A stretch of DNA of 45,026 nucleotides, taken from UHGV virus genome UHGV-1710001. One strand, given 5' to 3'. A program made the position numbers and the translations under genes. Positions 40,362 through 45,026 of the stretch are shown here, piece after piece. Position 1 is the stretch's first letter. Every line of letters starts with the position of its first letter. The stretch is from a virus. The notes beneath the pieces were generated by a model, which did not search any database, was not told the origin of the DNA, and was given only the letters and a program-made list of their open reading frames with translations.

Positions 40362-40727
40362 TTATGCTGCCTCTTTAATGTTGGCGGCTATCCATGCCGC
40401 CGTGTGCTGTTTAACCTGGTCCAGGTCGATGTATGTGCCAACATATTGACTCAAATCCTGCAAGGTACCGATAAATGCATCGGTGCTCTGATCGACGAAT
40501 TTATCAGCCAGGAAATCAGCAACCAGTTTTGGCACACCATCATGTACCGAAGGTTGTTTTTCCTCGCCACTACTGCCGCCGGACACACCGTACCCCATCT
40601 GTTGCATGATCTGGTCAATTTCATCGCTGATATCCAGCAACTCCATGCCACTCGCGGTAGCCGCTTTGGACATCAAAGCATCCAACTTATCGCTGAGATC
40701 CATTAACTCAATAGCTGATAGTGTCAT
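40362..40727 (-). CDS. ddrA: DdrA-like small protein
   Basis: 121-aa ORF between darA and ddrB; 4-nt overlap with the darA stop. Confidence 0.45.
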   Translation of the reverse strand: MTLSAIELMDLSDKLDALMSKAATASGMELLDISDEIDQIMQQMGYGVSGGSSGEEKQPSVHDGVPKLVADFLADKFVDQSTDAFIGTLQDLSQYVGTYIDLDQVKQHTAAWIAANIKEAA

Positions 40728-42643
40728 GCCGCTACCCCCGCTTTCTGGATTGCTACCAGCAGATCAGCCAAGTGGCGAGCAGCGCCATTAACCAGCTCTT
40801 CGTTTTCCTCAAAACGCCCGGCAGCCTGAAGGGCTGCAATCGCTTCCCGGACATTACCCCGGGCGTTACGGATCTCCGCCATGTCAGTGCTTTGCATATC
40901 CATCACGTTATTGAGATATTCAATGGCTTTATTAGCCTCTGCATCTGCTTCGCTAACCGTTTCATCAGGCTGTGCCGGGGCAGGTTCTGGCTGAGTAATC
41001 TCACCGACTTCGGCCTGCAATGCATTGATCATGCTCTGCACCATTTTCTCGGTGCCAGCGCCCCCCGGAAACGCAATATTGGGGAAAGTTTTTTGAAACT
41101 GAGTTTTCAGCATTACGCGGAACTCGTCTGGTGAGCTGGTGGCCAGCTCCAGAGCTTTTTGTGCATATTTGCCAAACGGACCATTAGTAAGTGTCTTCGC
41201 CAGGAAGTCGAAAGAATCCTCGCGAGGCAATAACTTCAGGTCGTACTCACTCATTTGCTGATCAGAAAGCGGGGTATCGTAAGTAGCAATGCCGTAGCGT
41301 GCATATTCATAATACGGGTCACCTTCATCAGGGCGCGGCAGAATTGCTTTGTTACCTTCAGGTATTGCGCCAGGGGCCGCCGGACGCATTTGCAGGGCAT
41401 ATCGATATGCACCTACAGAGACTTCTGGTTCAGGCGAAGAGCTACCGGTATCCTCCGCTGGTTCAGGTTCGACGTTTTCCGGTTTATGTTCTTCTGGTTG
41501 GACCAGGTATTCCGATACATTACCCGCTTTATAGGCTTTAAACAGCTTGCCGATCGCATCTGCCATGTCCACACCCTGTATGGATTTAGCCTTGATCATG
41601 TACACGCTGCCATCCGAATCGGTTAACTGGATATACCCTTCGCCGTCCTCAATGAATTGCTTCATTGATGCACCATTACTGAGCGTCGCTTCACCGTCCA
41701 TATGCATGCGATTTTTGATACTGGCAAGGCGATCCGTCAACGCGCGTGAGTGCCCACCAGTTATTGTCACTGGAGCAATGGTATCGCGCCCACCTGTTCG
41801 ATTGAGCTGATCAATCTCCGTCTGCAAACGCTCATTCTCTTCATAAAGAGAATCCGCTTCCGATGCAACAGCGTTAATTTTCTGCTCCAGATCTGCCTTC
41901 TGCCCTTCTACCGCTGCCACCTGATCCGCGAGGTCGCTCATGGCATCCTCTTTCTGGTCACTGTCAGCCTGTAGTTGGGTTATTTCATCAACAAGGGCTT
42001 TTTTCTTCTTCTGCGCACGCTGGAATTTTGCCGAGTTTTTCTCTGCAAGGTTGGCAAGTTTCATGGTGACCTGCGCCAGCGTCATATCACGTCCACTCAT
42101 CGGAGCAACGGTGTGAGTAACGTCTTTTTTATTCAGTAAGAACTGGAAAGCAACCAGCGTATCGCTATTGGTGATCCGGTTTTCCGCTGTCGGGCTATGA
42201 AACAGAATGCTGATAGTCTGACCATCACTGAGCGGAATAATGGCTGGCAGGACTGGCAGCCCGTTAACGTTACGTGCCCGGCCAATTTCAGCGCCGCCGA
42301 TCGCGCGCGCGCCGCTCTGGGCCACATCCCCCGTTTTATCACTCCCCGCAGAGATTCCGGTACCATTCAGCTTCTGGTTCAATGCCCGGACAAATGCCTG
42401 CATGGTCCGGTGTAACTGCAAACGAGTAGAACTAATCGCCTCCAGTAAATCCGTAGCACACCAGTGGATCGGCGTGTCATAGAAGAACGTAGCCTCGATT
42501 TCCTCCAGGGTGTTGGATTCCGTCATCAGATAGCGGTCCTCACCGGCCATTAATGCGCGATATTCATCATCAGTCACTGGCGGGGGAAGCACGTCAAGCC
42601 CAGGTTTGATCGTCACCCCTTTATTGATATTGAACTGTTCCAT
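40724..42643 (-). CDS. darA: DarA-like antirestriction / capsid-internal protein
   Basis: 639-aa ORF in a lydA-lydB-hdf-darA order; coiled-coil central region; size matches recalled P1 DarA. Confidence 0.6.
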   Translation of the reverse strand: MEQFNINKGVTIKPGLDVLPPPVTDDEYRALMAGEDRYLMTESNTLEEIEATFFYDTPIHWCATDLLEAISSTRLQLHRTMQAFVRALNQKLNGTGISAGSDKTGDVAQSGARAIGGAEIGRARNVNGLPVLPAIIPLSDGQTISILFHSPTAENRITNSDTLVAFQFLLNKKDVTHTVAPMSGRDMTLAQVTMKLANLAEKNSAKFQRAQKKKKALVDEITQLQADSDQKEDAMSDLADQVAAVEGQKADLEQKINAVASEADSLYEENERLQTEIDQLNRTGGRDTIAPVTITGGHSRALTDRLASIKNRMHMDGEATLSNGASMKQFIEDGEGYIQLTDSDGSVYMIKAKSIQGVDMADAIGKLFKAYKAGNVSEYLVQPEEHKPENVEPEPAEDTGSSSPEPEVSVGAYRYALQMRPAAPGAIPEGNKAILPRPDEGDPYYEYARYGIATYDTPLSDQQMSEYDLKLLPREDSFDFLAKTLTNGPFGKYAQKALELATSSPDEFRVMLKTQFQKTFPNIAFPGGAGTEKMVQSMINALQAEVGEITQPEPAPAQPDETVSEADAEANKAIEYLNNVMDMQSTDMAEIRNARGNVREAIAALQAAGRFEENEELVNGAARHLADLLVAIQKAGVAA

Positions 42644-42644
42644 G

Positions 42645-43256
42645 TTAATTTCCTGCTTTCAGTTGCTTAAGACGGCGTTTGAGTTCGCCATTCCGTGCCT
42701 TTTCGTTATTGAGTCGGCCTGTCTCCTTATCCAGCTTCGCCCGCAAATCAGTGATCTGCTGTTGAGTGAAAGACACCGAGTTCTGCGCTGATTTATAAGC
42801 GGCAACCACCTGAGCATTCCGCTGTTTTGCTTCTTGCAGGCGCTGAAAGTTGGATTTAACTGCCGGTTTCTTGTCTACCGGATTGGCAACACGCTTCGCT
42901 TTGGCGGTCAGTGATTTCTGGAATTTTGCGGAGTTTTTGCGGGCCGCCTGTCCCATGACGGTACCAAGCGTCTTGATATCCGGCGACTGAGCGTTAGGAA
43001 TAGCTTTTCCATTCAGTTTCACAGACGATATATCGCCAGTATCGTTTACCTGTATGGCAAGAATTTGTCCGTCGTTAAGAACCAGCTTTGCGGTTTTAAC
43101 TTTAACGCCATCTTTCGTTGTTGCGCGGTTGCTGGAGTCAACCTCAATTACCGTAACCCCGGTTTTATTGATCGCCGCGATAAGGGATTTCAGCCCCTTT
43201 TCATTAACCTGGTCAAAATCGACCGTTGCATACTTATTTTTCGTCATCTGACACAT
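42645..43256 (-). CDS. hdf: Hdf-like protein
   Basis: 203-aa ORF between lydB and darA; basic coiled-coil C-terminus; assignment by position. Confidence 0.45.
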   Translation of the reverse strand: MCQMTKNKYATVDFDQVNEKGLKSLIAAINKTGVTVIEVDSSNRATTKDGVKVKTAKLVLNDGQILAIQVNDTGDISSVKLNGKAIPNAQSPDIKTLGTVMGQAARKNSAKFQKSLTAKAKRVANPVDKKPAVKSNFQRLQEAKQRNAQVVAAYKSAQNSVSFTQQQITDLRAKLDKETGRLNNEKARNGELKRRLKQLKAGN

Positions 43257-43677
43257 CCTGTGCGAGATTTATTACGTAACTTCTGCGGATTTGCTGAGTA
43301 ACAGGGAAAATCCGATACAACGGGTTAATGAACGAGTCACCATGCGTAACCATGACGTTGAAATGCCACAGCCGTTCTCCTTTACCCATATATTCAGTGG
43401 GTATGTACAACCATTCACTGTTTTCGCCCTGTTCAGCCGACGTCAGACAACGTTGTTCGCCTTCAATCACTGTCGTTGGCTTCTGAACATCGCGGATCCA
43501 ATATCTGACCGTTGCGCCGCGCAAAAACGGGAATTTAGACCGGTATTTGAACGGCACCCGGATGAAGCCCTGTTTAATTTCCACATCACCAAGTTCTAAA
43601 TGCGTGATGTCCTTGCGTTTTAGCAAATAGCGATCGGCTAAGGCTAACGCAAGAACGCATACACCCCAGCCAATCAT
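43234..43677 (-). CDS. lydB: LydB-like antiholin / lysis regulator
   Basis: 147-aa ORF following the holin-like gene, N-terminal hydrophobic segment; 4-nt overlap with lydA. Confidence 0.5.
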   Translation of the reverse strand: MIGWGVCVLALALADRYLLKRKDITHLELGDVEIKQGFIRVPFKYRSKFPFLRGATVRYWIRDVQKPTTVIEGEQRCLTSAEQGENSEWLYIPTEYMGKGERLWHFNVMVTHGDSFINPLYRIFPVTQQIRRSYVINLAQDVSDDEK

Positions 43678-44003
43678 TTCCCACCTCCCTTTTTCACCAA
43701 ACTTGTAAGAACATTCAGAATGCTATCGATATTCACTCGTTTCATCCCTGAAATCACCTCATGACCGTTATTGCTGGCTATCGTTACCATTAAGTACGTA
43801 ATTGATAACTCCCAGCCCTCGTGTTGCCCCAATAGGTACGCCACCGCGCCAGCTGTCACTGCAACAAAGATCTCCGTAACCAATCCCAACAAATTGCCAG
43901 ACTGGCGACCATCTCGGACATCCATCAGGAACGTGCCTATCCCACCAATTACTGAAAGCAGGAGCGCAATAGCAACTGGAGCTAATTCCTGTGTGTCAAG
44001 CAC
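43674..44003 (-). CDS. lydA: LydA-like holin
   Basis: 109-aa ORF with GTG start after AGGAGGGAA; two or three predicted TM helices (VAIALLLSVIGGIGTFLM, IFVAVTAGAVAYLLG, ITYLMVTIA) and a charged C-terminus. Confidence 0.6.
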   Translation of the reverse strand: MLDTQELAPVAIALLLSVIGGIGTFLMDVRDGRQSGNLLGLVTEIFVAVTAGAVAYLLGQHEGWELSITYLMVTIASNNGHEVISGMKRVNIDSILNVLTSLVKKGGGK

Positions 44004-44072
44004 AAGTTCCCTCCTACGTTGTCAGGAGGTAATGGTATGCAAAGTAACTTCTCAACCGGTCATGTTGCTTGA

Positions 44073-44104
44073 CATCCTCCACGTCCTTTAGAGCGTGGAG
44101 GATG
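44073..44104. other. perfect 11-bp stem hairpin immediately 5' of the GC-rich element
   Basis: CATCCTCCACG-(10-nt loop)-CGTGGAGGATG; one nucleotide separates it from the GTGCG at 44106. Confidence 0.7.
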
Positions 44105-44105
44105 T

Positions 44106-45026
44106 GTGCGCCCAGCATGGGCGCGATCTTGGAGGTGAAAGCCCTCCCGCGAGCTGACCACAGCGAGCGAAATGAAGTGCAACTGCGTGAGGGCGACCGG
44201 GCGTGGGGAGGAAGCACGGAATGAACCCGTGAGCCGATGAACGAGAATCGGATATGAGGCGCGATGGAGCAAGGCGAGCAGGCACATCACTGCGAAGCTT
44301 TCGTGGTCAAGTCGAAGTCGCGCAGATCCGACGGTTGTGCGGGGAAGGATCGCGTTCTTACCTGGGGAGTTCTCGCCTCATGCCTGAAAGGGCAACGTCG
44401 TAAGACGGAGCGAGAAGTCAGCAGAGGCCGTTGTAGTCAGGACTCCGACGAAGGGCCGAACGAGAAGGAAAGCCAGAAGATATGACTCTTGACAGGACAT
44501 TGCGTCAGAAGCCGGGGAAGCCCGGTACGGACCCGCATGCCGGGTGGTGTGGCAGGGGCGCAGCCCTTGTGCTCCCCCCTATGCCGATCAAGCAGAACAT
44601 TGTGCTGGGCCTCTGACGCAGCTCCTTGATGGTCTTGGCATCGTGCTTAAGTGGATTGGTGTCGTCCCTGATAGGATCATGGAGGCAGAATGAAACTCAA
44701 AAATCCGGGATAGCACGCAAAACAGGCTGCACAAAAAGCGCAGGTTGCGTAGGAGTGAAATCCCGCTCCCAAAAAATGGTGCAGAAGTTGCGGCAGTGGT
44801 CATCCGACGCACTGGAAAATAACAAACCCGCCGTGACCAGAATCGGAGGCCTGAGGGAGTGACCGAAAAACCGGACAACCCAGGCAGCAAATACCCGCTG
44901 GATGAGGCATGGTTCCGGCAGATAATACCGAAAACCGCCAGACACACTGGATAATCAGTAGAAATAATCCATTAAAGTTATTATAATAATTGGTCACATT
45001 ATTATATTATGCTGAACAATAGAAAT
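44106..45026 (+). mobile_element. GC-rich structured element with group II intron-like 5' end (truncated by window edge or degenerate)
   Basis: Begins GTGCGCCCAGCATGGGCG, matching the GUGYG 5' consensus and resembling the Ll.LtrB intron start GTGCGCCCAGATAGGG; about 870 bp of GC-rich sequence with many short helices and no convincing ORF, then AT-rich sequence to the window end; no domain V seen in the window. Confidence 0.35.

Noticed and set aside
44106-44975. rRNA fragment or IS element as the identity of the GC-rich right-end segment
   Set aside because: No terminal inverted repeats or transposase ORF, and no recognisable 16S/23S signature; the GTGCG start after a hairpin favours a group II intron-like element, still unconfirmed.
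44588-44997. Minus-strand ORFs of 65-119 aa within the GC-rich right-end element
   Set aside because: Cys/Pro/Arg-rich low-complexity translations in a region better explained as structured non-coding RNA.

Overview
This window reads as a segment of a P1-like temperate phage-plasmid (Enterobacteriaceae), identified from sequence features I recognise directly: a canonical 34-bp loxP site followed by cre, the phd-doc toxin-antitoxin pair, the c1 repressor and coi on the minus strand, the pacA/pacB terminase genes with the hexamer-repeat pac site inside pacA, humD behind a near-consensus LexA box, a SAR-type endolysin, ssb, the giant methyltransferase-helicase darB, and a minus-strand lydA-lydB-hdf-darA-ddrA-ddrB operon. 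Copies of the 17-bp C1 operator (ATTGCTCTAATAAATTT-like) sit in front of lpa, the c1/coi region, ref, ssb and other genes. Superimposed on this backbone are several accessory features: (1) a complete Tn1722/Tn1721-type Tn3-family transposon (mcp-like gene, res, tnpR, tnpA; 38-bp inverted repeats; 5-bp CTCTT target duplication) inserted 8 bp from loxP, between the c1/coi control region and cre; (2) an immI-like antirepressor module (structured RNA region, a 73-aa ORF translationally coupled to a 371-aa Ant-like protein) between pacB and c1; (3) a solitary GNAT acetyltransferase gene in the mat-to-lxc interval where, from memory, P1 carries its res-mod type III restriction system; (4) a catalytically degenerate paralog of the PacB ATPase domain with an upstream partner gene; (5) a GC-rich structured element at the right edge that starts with a group-II-intron-like GTGCG immediately after a perfect hairpin. 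All names rest on motif recognition and recalled sequences and sizes, and no database search was run; the order of genes in reference P1 is recalled with uncertainty. Coordinates of short motifs may be off by 1-2 bp. No rRNA, tRNA or CRISPR array was found.
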